Part shown: positions 10,489 to 20,082 of the stretch, piece by piece
How the letters are laid out: each line of letters starts with the position of its first letter
Numbering within the stretch: the first letter of the stretch is position 1
Assembly: GCF_002243425.1 (NCBI RefSeq)
Contig: NZ_CP021172.1
Coordinates: 150,001 to 182,000 of the forward strand
Source of the DNA: Candidatus Saccharimonadota bacterium
GTDB lineage: Bacteria > Bacteroidota > Bacteroidia > Flavobacteriales > Blattabacteriaceae
DNA: 32,000 nt
Direction of reading: 5' to 3'
Made by a program: the position numbers and the translations under genes
Notes under the pieces: generated by a model
What the model was told of the DNA's origin: nothing
Seen by the model: the letters and a program-made list of their open reading frames with translations, nothing else
Databases searched by the model: none

Positions 10489-10767
10489 TTATATTATTGC
10501 AAGAATATCAGATTCACGCATTATCAAATAATCTTTTCCATTTAATCTAAGTTCTGTTCCAGAATATTTACCATATAATACTTTATTACCTGTTTTTACA
10601 GTTAAAGGTTCATTTTTTTTTCCTAATCCTACTGCTACTACTATTCCCTCTTGAGGTTTTTCTTTTGCTGTATCAGGTATAATTATACCTGAAGAAGTTT
10701 TAGTTTCTGCTGGAGAGGGTTCTATTACTACACGATCTGATAAAGGTTTAATTTTTAAATTTGCCAT
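10489..10767 (-). CDS. groES: Co-chaperonin GroES (10 kDa)
   Basis: 92 aa. ...[12 protein letters not shown]...[24 protein letters not shown]...; 12 nt upstream of groEL. Confidence 0.95.
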   Translation of the reverse strand: MANLKIKPLSDRVVIEPSPAETKTSSGIIIPDTAKEKPQEGIVVAVGLGKKNEPLTVKTGNKVLYGKYSGTELRLNGKDYLIMRESDILAII

Positions 10768-10954
10768 ATTAATATATTTTATTTATAATTAATTATAATA
10801 TTTGATATAATAATTAATATTATCAATATTAATGATAATATAAATGTAAGTTTTTCTAAAAAAAATTGTATTTTATTATTTACCATTACCAACTAAAAAC
10901 TAAATTCTAGAATTAGACGTTTGTATAAAAATATTAATAATAAAATAGATATAT

Positions 10955-11035
10955 CTAAAGTAGCCTCTCCTACTAAAGTAGCCTCTCCTACTAAAGTAGC
11001 CTCTCCTACTAAACTAATCTCCTACTAAAGTAGCC
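10955..11035. repeat. 18-bp tandem repeat (3 perfect copies, 1 degenerate 16-bp copy, 1 partial copy) spanning the miaB stop codon
   Basis: The unit ctaaagtagcctctccta occurs at 10955-10972, 10973-10990 and 10991-11008. A degenerate copy, ctaaactaatctccta (11009-11024), contains the miaB stop (cta, 11014-11016). A partial copy, ctaaagtagcc (11025-11035), lies inside the miaB coding sequence. Confidence 0.95.
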
Positions 11036-12366
11036 GATGTCAAATTATTAATTTTTACTTTTATAAAATCTCCTATTTTATAATTATTTTTAGTAAAAAT
11101 TACTATATCATTTACATAATTTCTTCCATAAAAAAAATTAATATTTTTTGTTGAAATTCCCTCGATTAAAATATCTTGAATACTACCAATCGATTTTCTA
11201 TTCCTATAATAGGAATGTGTTTTTTGTAAATTTATAATTTCTGTTAGTCGCCGTTTTTTTGTGGATAATGAGACATTGTCAATTAATTTTTTATAAGCAT
11301 AAGTACCTATTCTATGTGAATAGATAAACATATATGAAAAGTTATATTTTACATAATTCATTAAATTAAGTGTTTCATTATGATCATTTTCATTTTCATT
11401 ACAAAATCCAGTGATTATATCACAAGATAGAGAACAATTAGGTATAATATTTTTAATTTTATTTATAAGTAAAATGTAATCTTCACATGAATGTTTTCTA
11501 TTCATTAATGATAATATTCTATTACTTCCTGATTGAACTGGTAAATGAATATGTTTACATATATTTATATATTTTTTAATTACATTTAAAACATTAAATG
11601 ACATGTCATTAGGATTAGAAGTACAAAAACGTATTCTCATAAGAGGTACGGAAATAGCAACTAATTCTAATAATTTAGAAAAATTTATTATTTCTTCATT
11701 TTTTATTTCTTTTCTTTTAAAATTTTTTTTTAATCCTCCTCCATACCATAAATATGAATCTACATTTTGACCTAAAAGTATTATTTCTTTATATCCTTTT
11801 TTAAATAAAAATTTACATTCTTTTATAATACTATATGGATCACGACTTTTTTCACGACCTCTTGTAAAAGGAACTACACAAAAAGTACACATATTGTCAC
11901 ATCCCCGCATTATAGTAACAAATGCAGTTATTTTTTTTTCTTCCCTTTTAGGAAAAATATCTGCATAAGTTTCAGTTTTAGAAAATGAAGTACTTATATA
12001 TTCCCCTTTTTTTTTAAAAAAATTATTTATTAAATTTGGAATTTCTCTATAAGAGTCAGGCCCTACAACTAAATTAATTAGTTTTTTTTCTTTTATATTT
12101 TTAAATTTGTAAGCCATACACCCTAATAGACCAATTAAAATCTCATTATTTTTTTTTATAAAAAATTTTATTTGATTTATTCGTAAAAGAATTTTATTCT
12201 CAGATTTATCTCGAATAGAACATGTATTAATTAATATTATATTAGCTTCTTTTAAATTTTCAGTTTTAATGAATCCTTTATTATTTAAAATAGAAGATAC
12301 AATTTCACTATCAGAGATATTCATTTGACAACCATAATTTTCTATATAAAATTTTTTATTGATCAT
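11014..12366 (-). CDS. miaB: tRNA-2-methylthio-N6-dimethylallyladenosine synthase (radical SAM methylthiotransferase)
   Basis: 450 aa. N-terminal UPF0004 domain (YIENYGCQMN...NTCSIR), radical-SAM cluster motif CDNMCTFCVVP, and a C-terminal TRAM-like domain. Confidence 0.9.
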   Translation of the reverse strand: MINKKFYIENYGCQMNISDSEIVSSILNNKGFIKTENLKEANIILINTCSIRDKSENKILLRINQIKFFIKKNNEILIGLLGCMAYKFKNIKEKKLINLVVGPDSYREIPNLINNFFKKKGEYISTSFSKTETYADIFPKREEKKITAFVTIMRGCDNMCTFCVVPFTRGREKSRDPYSIIKECKFLFKKGYKEIILLGQNVDSYLWYGGGLKKNFKRKEIKNEEIINFSKLLELVAISVPLMRIRFCTSNPNDMSFNVLNVIKKYINICKHIHLPVQSGSNRILSLMNRKHSCEDYILLINKIKNIIPNCSLSCDIITGFCNENENDHNETLNLMNYVKYNFSYMFIYSHRIGTYAYKKLIDNVSLSTKKRRLTEIINLQKTHSYYRNRKSIGSIQDILIEGISTKNINFFYGRNYVNDIVIFTKNNYKIGDFIKVKINNLTSATLVGD

Positions 12367-12424
12367 AAAAAAATGATTTACATATTATATATATGCACAT
12401 GTTATTGTAATAAATTTATTAAAA

Positions 12425-13849
12425 ATGAGTAAAAAAAAAAATATAATATATAATTTTAATAATTATGATTATAAATATGGATTTTATACTAAGATAGAAT
12501 CAGAAAAAATTCCAAAAGGAATTAATGAAGATATTATAACTAAAATATCTAAAAAAAAAAATGAACCTTATTGGATGTTAAAAATAAGATTAAAATCATA
12601 TAAAATATGGAAAAACATGATTCATCCTAAATGGGGTAATATATCATATAAAATTCCTTATTTTAATAACATAAGTTATTATTCTGCTATAAAAAAAAAT
12701 AAATTTCTAAAAAAAGAAATCGATAATAAATTATTAGATACTTTTAAGAAATTAAATTTAAAATTAAAAAAATCAAAGATTGCATTAGACATAATTATGG
12801 ATTCGGTTTCTGTTACTACAACTTTTAAAAAAATTTTATCAGAAAAAGGAATAATATTTTGTACTATTAGTAAGGCAATAAAGAAATATCCTGATCTTAT
12901 AAAGAAATATATAGGTAAAATAGTTCCAATAAAAGATAATTTTTATTCAGCATTAAATTCAGCTGTTTTTTCTGATGGATCTTTTTGTTATATACCCAAA
13001 AATGTACGTTGTCCTGTAGAATTATCTACATATTTTCGTATAAATGAATCAGGAATAGGTCAATTTGAAAGAACACTTTTAATTGCTGATAAAAATTCAT
13101 ATGTTAGTTATCTAGAAGGATGCACTGCGCCTCAACGTAAAGAAAATCAATTACATGCTGCTGTTGTTGAATTAATAGCTTTAGAAGGTGCAGAAATTAA
13201 ATATTCTACTGTACAAAATTGGTATCCTGGAGATAAAAATGGAATAGGAGGAGTTTTAAATTTTGTAACTAAAAGAGGATTATGTGAAAATAAATCTAAA
13301 ATATCATGGACTCAAATAGAAACTGGATCAGCTATAACTTGGAAATATCCATCTTGTATTTTAAAAGGTAATGATTCAATAGGAGAATTTTATTCAGTAG
13401 CTTTTACAAAAAATTTTCAACAATCAGATACTGGTACAAAAATGATTCATTTAGGAAAAAATACTAAAAGTACTATTATTTCAAAAGGTATATCAGCTGG
13501 ATATTCTAAAAATAGTTATAGAGGATTAGTAAATCTTTCTTATAAAGCTACTAATTCGCGTAATTTTTCACAGTGTGATTCTTTATTAATAGGTAATACA
13601 TGTAGTGCACATACTTTTCCTTTCTTAAAAGTAAAAAATAATTCATCTAAAGTTGAACATGAAGCAACAACCTCTAAAATAGGAGAAGATCAAATATTTT
13701 ATTGTAATCAACGTGGAATTAATTTAGAAAAAGCTATTTCACTTATAGTAACTGGATTTAGTAAAGAAATTTTAGATAGATTACCTATGGAATTTGCAAT
13801 AGAAGCAAGAAAATTATTAGAAATAAAATTAGAAGGTTCAGTAGGATAA
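12425..13849 (+). CDS. sufB: Fe-S cluster assembly scaffold protein SufB
   Basis: 474 aa. ...[23 protein letters not shown]..., TVQNWYPGD, and [22 protein letters not shown]. It is the first gene of a sufBCDS row. Confidence 0.93.
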   Translation: MSKKKNIIYNFNNYDYKYGFYTKIESEKIPKGINEDIITKISKKKNEPYWMLKIRLKSYKIWKNMIHPKWGNISYKIPYFNNISYYSAIKKNKFLKKEIDNKLLDTFKKLNLKLKKSKIALDIIMDSVSVTTTFKKILSEKGIIFCTISKAIKKYPDLIKKYIGKIVPIKDNFYSALNSAVFSDGSFCYIPKNVRCPVELSTYFRINESGIGQFERTLLIADKNSYVSYLEGCTAPQRKENQLHAAVVELIALEGAEIKYSTVQNWYPGDKNGIGGVLNFVTKRGLCENKSKISWTQIETGSAITWKYPSCILKGNDSIGEFYSVAFTKNFQQSDTGTKMIHLGKNTKSTIISKGISAGYSKNSYRGLVNLSYKATNSRNFSQCDSLLIGNTCSAHTFPFLKVKNNSSKVEHEATTSKIGEDQIFYCNQRGINLEKAISLIVTGFSKEILDRLPMEFAIEARKLLEIKLEGSVG

Positions 13850-13868
13850 TAATAAAAATTTAAATTTA

Positions 13869-14627
13869 ATGTTAAAAATTAATAATTTATATGTTTCAGT
13901 AAAAAAAAAACAAATCTTAAAAGGTGTTAATCTAACAATTAATAAAGGAGAGATTCATGTAATAATGGGACCTAATGGATCTGGTAAAAGTACATTAGCT
14001 TCTATAATAGCTGGTAAAAAGGATTATAAAATAAATAAAGGTAATATTATATTTGAAAATATAAATTTAATTTTTTTTCCTCCAGAAGAAAGAGCACATT
14101 TAGGGATTTTTCTCTCTTTTCAAGATCCAATAGAAATACCTGGTATATCCATTCTGAATTTTATAAGAATTTCTATAAATTCTATAAGGAAAGCGAATGG
14201 AAAAAAAGAAATATCTTATAATGAATTTTTTCAAAAAGTAAAAATGGTATCTGATTTATTGAAAATCAATAGAACTTTTCTTTCAAGATATTTAAATGAA
14301 GGATTTTCAGGGGGGGAAAAAAAACGTAATGAAATATTTCAAATGTGTATGATTAATCCCAAATTATCTATATTAGATGAAATGGATTCTGGCTTGGATA
14401 TAGATGCTATTCGTACTATAGCTAGAGGAATTAATAAATTTAAAAAAAAGAATAATTCTATATTAATTATTACTCATTATCAAAGATTGTTAAATTATAT
14501 AATTCCTGATTATGTACATATTTTATATAAAGGTAAATTAGTTAAATCTGGAAATAAAGAATTAGCAATAAAAATTGAATCAGAAGGTTATGATTGGATC
14601 AAAAATGAAAAATTAAATGAATTTTAA
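13869..14627 (+). CDS. sufC: Fe-S cluster assembly ATPase SufC
   Basis: Walker A GPNGSGKST, ABC signature FSGGEKKR, Walker B LSILDEMDSGLD; 252 aa. Confidence 0.93.
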   Translation: MLKINNLYVSVKKKQILKGVNLTINKGEIHVIMGPNGSGKSTLASIIAGKKDYKINKGNIIFENINLIFFPPEERAHLGIFLSFQDPIEIPGISILNFIRISINSIRKANGKKEISYNEFFQKVKMVSDLLKINRTFLSRYLNEGFSGGEKKRNEIFQMCMINPKLSILDEMDSGLDIDAIRTIARGINKFKKKNNSILIITHYQRLLNYIIPDYVHILYKGKLVKSGNKELAIKIESEGYDWIKNEKLNEF

Positions 14628-15912
14628 AAAAAAAATTTCTTCTAATTCTAGAATAGAAATTAATAATAATATTAATTATTATATAAATATTATTCGTAAT
14701 AAATCAATAAAACTTTTTAATAAAAATTTTGAATTAAAATATTCAAATATTAAATCATCAATAATTGATTATGAATATTTATTTCCTGTTAAAGAAGCAG
14801 AAGATTATGATATAATCAATCAATTTATTTTAGATAAAAATGGAATGTATTTATTTTTTATAAATGGTTTTTATGTTTTTAATTTTTTTAAAAAAAATAA
14901 AAAATATTTATTATCAATAAATGATATTATAATCAATAATAAAAATTATTGTAATTCAAATATTGAAAAATATTATGGTAAATCCATATCCAATAATGAT
15001 ACTTTAAATTTATTTAATTTTTTCTTTTCAAAAGATGGCGCATACATCTTTATACCAGATAATATTTGTTTTAAACCAAATATATATATTATATATATAT
15101 ATAATATTAATTATGATTATTCAATCATAAATCCTAGAAATTTAATAATTATAGGAAATAATTCTAAAGCTAAAATTGTAGAAATACATGAATCATTAAC
15201 AAATAAAATTTGTTTTAGTAATTCAGTTACTGAAATTTATACTAGAAAAAATAGTAGTATAGATTATATTAAAATTCATAATAATTTATCTTTTTTCTAT
15301 TTAAGAGATAAAACTTTTTTGACACAAAAAAAAAATAGTACTTGTAGTATAAGTACTTTTTCATTTGAAGGAAGATTATTAATTAATAATCTTAAATTAA
15401 TTAATTTAGGAAATTATTCAAAATTTAATTTAAATGGACTTACAATCATAAGAAAAAAATCATTAAATAAATTAATTTATAATAAAACATTAATAGATCA
15501 TTTATATCCTAATTGTGAAAGTTATCAAACTTATAAATCTATTTTATACGGAAGATCAAAAGTATTTTTTTGGGGTAAAATTAAAATTCATAAAAAAGCA
15601 AATAATATAAATGCTTTACAAAAAGCTAATAATATTTTAATTAATAAAAATGCATTTGTTTATACAAAACCTGAATTAGAAATTTATACAGATAATGTTA
15701 AATGTTCACATGGATGTACTATAGGTAAAATAGATAAAAATAAGATTTTTTATCTATGTTCTAGAGGAGTTATAAAAACTGTAGCAAAATCAATACTTAT
15801 ATTTCTTTTTTCTAAAGAAATACTAAAAAAAATAAATATACAAAATATTAAATATTTAATAAAAAAAATTATTATTAATAATTTGGATAATAATTATATT
15901 AATTTAATGTAA
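14617..15912 (+). CDS. sufD: Fe-S cluster assembly protein SufD (highly diverged)
   Basis: It sits between sufC and sufS. The C-terminal SufB/D-family block PELEIYTDNVKCSHGCTIGKIDKNKIFYLCSRG is present, but the N-terminal half is N/I/K-rich and poorly conserved. It overlaps sufC by 11 nt. Confidence 0.8.
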   Translation: MNFKKKISSNSRIEINNNINYYINIIRNKSIKLFNKNFELKYSNIKSSIIDYEYLFPVKEAEDYDIINQFILDKNGMYLFFINGFYVFNFFKKNKKYLLSINDIIINNKNYCNSNIEKYYGKSISNNDTLNLFNFFFSKDGAYIFIPDNICFKPNIYIIYIYNINYDYSIINPRNLIIIGNNSKAKIVEIHESLTNKICFSNSVTEIYTRKNSSIDYIKIHNNLSFFYLRDKTFLTQKKNSTCSISTFSFEGRLLINNLKLINLGNYSKFNLNGLTIIRKKSLNKLIYNKTLIDHLYPNCESYQTYKSILYGRSKVFFWGKIKIHKKANNINALQKANNILINKNAFVYTKPELEIYTDNVKCSHGCTIGKIDKNKIFYLCSRGVIKTVAKSILIFLFSKEILKKINIQNIKYLIKKIIINNLDNNYINLM

Positions 15913-15920
15913 AAAATGTT

Positions 15921-17150
15921 ATGATGTTATCTAAAATAGATATAAAAAATATAAGAAAGGAATTTGCTATTTTTAATTCTATTCTTAATAAGAAAAAATT
16001 AATTTATTTAGATAATGCAGCCACTACTCAAAAACCTAATAAAGTAATAAACTCAATAAAAGAATATTATTCAAATCTAAATTCTAATGTCCATAGAGGA
16101 GCTTATTATTTAAGTAATAAAGCTACTGAAAAATTGGAATATAGTAGGATAAAAATAAAAAATTTTATAAATGCTAAATATTCACATGAAATTCTTTTTA
16201 CAAGTGGGGCAACAGAAAGTATTAATTTAATAGCTAATAGTATTTCTTCTTTAATAAAAGAAAAAGATGAAATTATAATTCCATATTCTGAACATCATTC
16301 TAATATAATACCATGGCAAATTCTTTGTAATAAAAAAAAAGCATTATTAAAAATAATCCCCATCGATTATGATGGAAATCTAAAATTAGATTATTTTAAA
16401 TCTATTATTTCAAATAAAACTAAATTAATATCTTTAAGTCATGTATCTAATGCATTAGGAGTTATTAACCCAATTAATGATATTATTTATGAAGCTAAAA
16501 AATATAATACGTTAGTATTAATAGATGGTTCACAAGCTATATCTCATATTCCGATAAATATACAAAATATTAATCCTGATTTTTATGTATTTTCAATACA
16601 TAAAATGTATGGCTCTACTGGAATAGGAGTTCTTTATGGAAAAGAGGAGATTTTAAATCTAATACCACCATATAAATATGGTGGTGAAATGATAGATAAA
16701 GTTTCATTTGAAGAAACAACATATTCAAATTTACCATTTAAATTTGAAGCCGGAACTCCAAATATAGGAGGAATTATATCTACAATAGATGCAATAGCAT
16801 TTATAGAAAAATATAATATTAAAAATATTAAAAATTATGAAGATAAAATTATTAATTATGCAATAAAATTATTTACTTCTATAGAAGGAATTAAGATCTA
16901 TGGAGAAGAGAAAAACCGTTCTAGTATTATATCATTTAATATAAAAAAAATACATCCATTTGATGTAGGTAAAATATTAGATAATTTTGGTGTAGCAGTA
17001 AGAACTGGAAATCATTGTGCACAACCTATAATGGATTTTTTTTCTATTCCTGGAACTATAAGAATAAGTTTTGCTATATATAATACATTTGAGGAAATAG
17101 ATTATTTATATAAAATAATAATAAAAATTATCAATTTAATTGATAGGTAA
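15921..17150 (+). CDS. sufS: Cysteine desulfurase SufS (class V aminotransferase, group II)
   Basis: 409 aa. It has YLDNAATTQKP, the PLP-lysine region FSIHKMYGSTGIGVLYG, and the catalytic-Cys region RTGNHCAQP. Confidence 0.9.
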   Translation: MMLSKIDIKNIRKEFAIFNSILNKKKLIYLDNAATTQKPNKVINSIKEYYSNLNSNVHRGAYYLSNKATEKLEYSRIKIKNFINAKYSHEILFTSGATESINLIANSISSLIKEKDEIIIPYSEHHSNIIPWQILCNKKKALLKIIPIDYDGNLKLDYFKSIISNKTKLISLSHVSNALGVINPINDIIYEAKKYNTLVLIDGSQAISHIPINIQNINPDFYVFSIHKMYGSTGIGVLYGKEEILNLIPPYKYGGEMIDKVSFEETTYSNLPFKFEAGTPNIGGIISTIDAIAFIEKYNIKNIKNYEDKIINYAIKLFTSIEGIKIYGEEKNRSSIISFNIKKIHPFDVGKILDNFGVAVRTGNHCAQPIMDFFSIPGTIRISFAIYNTFEEIDYLYKIIIKIINLIDR

Positions 17151-17218
17151 TACGTTTAATTTTAAACAAAAAATATTATATATACATATATAAATATGTA
17201 AATTTAAACATTATGAAT

Positions 17219-17233
17219 AAAAAAAAAAAAAAA
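17219..17233 (+). repeat. A15 homopolymer between an out-of-frame ATG (17213) and the infB reading frame
   Basis: I counted 15 consecutive A directly, from 17219 to 17233. Confidence 0.95.
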
Positions 17234-17322
17234 GATTTATATCTAGAAAAACAGATCTATCAACAGAAAACAAAAAAATAATTAAAGTTTTAGAATTTAC
17301 TACTGTTAATGAATTAGCATCA

Positions 17323-18999
17323 ATGATGAATATTAGTTCAATAAAAATTATAAAAAGTTGTATTTCATTAGGAATAATGGTAACTCGTAATCAACGATTA
17401 GATGCAGAAACTTTAACTTTAGTGGCAGATGAATTTGGTTATTCTGTAGAATTTGTTGGTACAGATTTAGAAAAAGCAATACAAGGAGAAAAAGATTTTG
17501 AAAAAGATCTTAAACCAAGATCTCCTGTTGTTACTATCATGGGGCACGTAGATCATGGAAAAACCTCTTTATTAGATTATATAAGAAAAACTAATATTAT
17601 AGCTGGAGAATGTGGAGGTATTACACAACATGTTGGAGCATATAATGTTAAATTTAAAAAAGGTAATAGTATTACTTTTTTAGATACGCCAGGTCATGAA
17701 GCATTTACTTCTATGAGAGCTAGAGGAACTAAAATAACAGATATAGTAGTTATAGTAATAGCTACAGATGATGATGTAATGCCTCAAACTAAAGAAGCTA
17801 TTAGCCATGCACAATTAGCTGGTGTACCTATAATATTTGCATTAAATAAAATTGATAAAATTAATTCAAACCCTGATAAAATACGAAGACAATTATCTGA
17901 TATGAATTTTTTATTAGAAGAATGGGGTGGAAAATATCAATCTCAAGAGATATCTGCTAAACTTGGTAAAGGAATAGATAAATTATTAGAAAAAATTTTC
18001 TTAGAAGCAGAAATTTTAAATTTAAAAGCGAATCCTAATAAACCTGCTGTGGGAACAGTAATAGAAGCTTTTTTAGATAAAGGGCGAGGGTATTGTTGGA
18101 CAATACTTATCCAAGGAGGAACTTTAAAGTTAGGAGATTATGTAGTAGCGGGTACTTTTCATGGAAAAGTAAAAGTTATTTTAGATGAAATAGGAAATAA
18201 TCTTAAAAAAGTATTACCTTCAAAACCTGTCAAAATTTTAGTATTAAATGGAGCTCCTAATTCTGGTGAAAGATTTAAAGTTTTTAAAAATGAAAAAGAA
18301 GCTAAACAATTAGCCTCAAGAATGAGTAAATTAAAAAAAGAACAGAATATACGTTCTAAAAAAACTATTACATTAGAGGAAATAGGAAGACGTATAGCAA
18401 TAGGAGATTTTAAAGAATTAAAATTAATAATTAAAGGAGATATGTATGGATCAGTAGAAGCTATAACAGATTCATTAGAAAAATTATCTACAGATACTAG
18501 AATAATTAATATTATATATAAAAACATTGGTTTGATAACAGAATCAGATGTTTTATTAGCAAAAGCGTCTAATGCAATTATTGTTGGTTTTAATGTTAAA
18601 TGCACATTAAAGGCTAAAATTATTGCCAATAAAAATAACTTAGAAATAAGATTATACAATATAATATATGATATAATAAATGACTTTAAAAAAGCATTAT
18701 ATGGAATGAATATAAAGGTAAAAAAAGTGACTGTAATAGGAAATGCTGAAATCATAAATTTCTTTAAAAGAAAGCAAATAGGAACTATTGCAGGATGTTT
18801 AATTATAAATGGAAAAATAATACGTAATTCTAAGATACGTTTAATTAGAGACGGAGTAGTTATTTATACTGGCGAATTAAATTCTTTAAAAAGATTTCAA
18901 GATGATGTAAAAGAAGTAAATAAAGGATATGAATGTGGAATAATTATTAAAGATTATAATGATTTTAAAATTGGAGATATAATTGAATGTTATATTTAA
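17323..18999 (+). CDS. infB: Translation initiation factor IF-2 (strongly N-terminally reduced; true start uncertain, see finding)
   Basis: IF2-N region ...SLGIMVTRNQRLDAETLTLVADEFGYSVEF, G domain GHVDHGKTSLLD / DTPGHEAF / NKID, and the C-terminal domains. 17323 is the first in-frame ATG, but the frame is open and looks conserved from 17221. Confidence 0.9.
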   Translation: MMNISSIKIIKSCISLGIMVTRNQRLDAETLTLVADEFGYSVEFVGTDLEKAIQGEKDFEKDLKPRSPVVTIMGHVDHGKTSLLDYIRKTNIIAGECGGITQHVGAYNVKFKKGNSITFLDTPGHEAFTSMRARGTKITDIVVIVIATDDDVMPQTKEAISHAQLAGVPIIFALNKIDKINSNPDKIRRQLSDMNFLLEEWGGKYQSQEISAKLGKGIDKLLEKIFLEAEILNLKANPNKPAVGTVIEAFLDKGRGYCWTILIQGGTLKLGDYVVAGTFHGKVKVILDEIGNNLKKVLPSKPVKILVLNGAPNSGERFKVFKNEKEAKQLASRMSKLKKEQNIRSKKTITLEEIGRRIAIGDFKELKLIIKGDMYGSVEAITDSLEKLSTDTRIINIIYKNIGLITESDVLLAKASNAIIVGFNVKCTLKAKIIANKNNLEIRLYNIIYDIINDFKKALYGMNIKVKKVTVIGNAEIINFFKRKQIGTIAGCLIINGKIIRNSKIRLIRDGVVIYTGELNSLKRFQDDVKEVNKGYECGIIIKDYNDFKIGDIIECYI

Positions 19000-20057
19000 T
19001 TATTAATAATTTTATTTTGTATATTTATTGATTCTTTATGAATTTCTTTAAATATATTTTCTATAAATTTTTCTGATAAACATAATTTATGTCCTAATAT
19101 TTTATACTCTTCTATTAAAGATTTCCATCTTTTAGGTTGAAAAACTAATAAATTGTTTATTTTTTTTATTATTGCTACTTTTTCAGATGATTCCATTCTC
19201 TCAGATAATAAATATATCAAATTTTGATCTAATTCAGATATAAGAACTCTTATATGTTCTAATTCAATTTCATTTTTATAATTGTTTTTTTTAAACAAAT
19301 CGTTTTTTAAAAATTCTAAAAATTGTTCCGGTATTATTTGTTGTTGAGAATCACTTAATGCTTTATCAGGATTACAATGTGTTTCTACTATGAATCCTTC
19401 ATATTTAAAACTCATTGCTTGTTTAATTACTTCAAATAAACATTCTCTATTTCCACAAATATGTGATGGATCACATAACATAGGTATATTTGGATATAAT
19501 TTTTTAAATTTTAATGCTAATCCCCAATTAGGTATATTACGATATTTTATACTTTTATAAGTGTAAAAACCACGATGGATAACTCCTATCTTTTTAATTC
19601 CTTGATTAATTAATCTTTCTAAAGCTCCAATCCATAAATCAATATCAGGATTTATAGGATTTTTAACTAATATAATTTTATTTGTATTTTTTAATGCTTC
19701 TGATATTTCTTGTACAGTAAATGGATTAACTGTACTTCTAGCTCCAATCCAGATTATATCTATATTATATTTTAATGCTAGTTCTACATGAGTGGAATTA
19801 GCAACTTCTGTTGCTGTTAAAAGACCTGTTTCTTTTTTTACTTTATTTAGCCATTTTAAACCAATCTGGCCTATACCTTCAAAAAAATTTGGTCTAGTTC
19901 TTGGTTTCCATATTCCTGCTCTAAAAACTTGTATATAATTTTTATCTAATTTTTTAGCTGTTTCTAGTACTTGATTTTCAGTTTCTGCACTACATGGACC
20001 TGATATAATCAGAGGCTTTTTAAAGCTATTTATCCAATTTTGTTCTATATTTTTCAT
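18996..20057 (-). CDS. aroG: Bifunctional 3-deoxy-7-phosphoheptulonate (DAHP) synthase, type I-beta / chorismate mutase
   Basis: The N-terminal ~260 aa are KDO8PS-like DAHPS (ISGPCSAE, RAGIWKPRTRP, IGARST, LCDPSH). The C-terminal ~90 aa are AroQ chorismate mutase-like (IRVLISELDQNLIYLLSERMESSEKVAIIKK). This architecture is typical of Bacteroidetes. Confidence 0.85.
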   Translation of the reverse strand: MKNIEQNWINSFKKPLIISGPCSAETENQVLETAKKLDKNYIQVFRAGIWKPRTRPNFFEGIGQIGLKWLNKVKKETGLLTATEVANSTHVELALKYNIDIIWIGARSTVNPFTVQEISEALKNTNKIILVKNPINPDIDLWIGALERLINQGIKKIGVIHRGFYTYKSIKYRNIPNWGLALKFKKLYPNIPMLCDPSHICGNRECLFEVIKQAMSFKYEGFIVETHCNPDKALSDSQQQIIPEQFLEFLKNDLFKKNNYKNEIELEHIRVLISELDQNLIYLLSERMESSEKVAIIKKINNLLVFQPKRWKSLIEEYKILGHKLCLSEKFIENIFKEIHKESINIQNKIINN

Positions 20058-20082
20058 TTTTTTATATTTTATACAAATAAAT

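Noticed and set aside
10768-10954. I tried to locate a groES promoter (Bacteroidetes -33 TTG / -7 TAnnTTTG, or a sigma-32-like heat-shock promoter) and noticed the palindrome attctagaat near 10905.
   Set aside because: There are only weak, one-mismatch matches (for example TAATATTG on the minus strand), which are indistinguishable from background in sequence this AT-rich. No call can be supported without 5'-end mapping.
10955-11035. The 18-bp direct repeats considered as a possible CRISPR array.
   Set aside because: The repeats are directly adjacent with no spacers, are derived from the miaB 3' end, and there are no cas genes. This is a simple tandem repeat.
12367-12424. The divergent miaB/sufB spacer contains ACATGT/TGCA palindromic fragments, so I considered an IscR/SufR-type operator.
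   Set aside because: The palindromes are short and imperfect, no regulator gene is visible, and similar AT palindromes are frequent by chance here.
18159-18755. A 198-aa ORF antisense to infB. Shorter antisense ORFs occur at 2498-2701 (lpdA), 6379-6678 and 6745-7020 (sucB), 8837-9046 (groEL), 21009-21212 (asd), 23360-23554 (aroA) and 28997-29182 (pdhB).
   Set aside because: Each lies entirely inside a well-supported conserved gene on the other strand. Their translations are I/F/L/S-rich mirror images of K/E/N-rich sense sequence and carry no recognisable motifs. For the infB case, that antisense frame only acquires a stop when a T- or C-ending sense codon precedes Tyr, His or Gln, so a long open stretch is plausible by chance.
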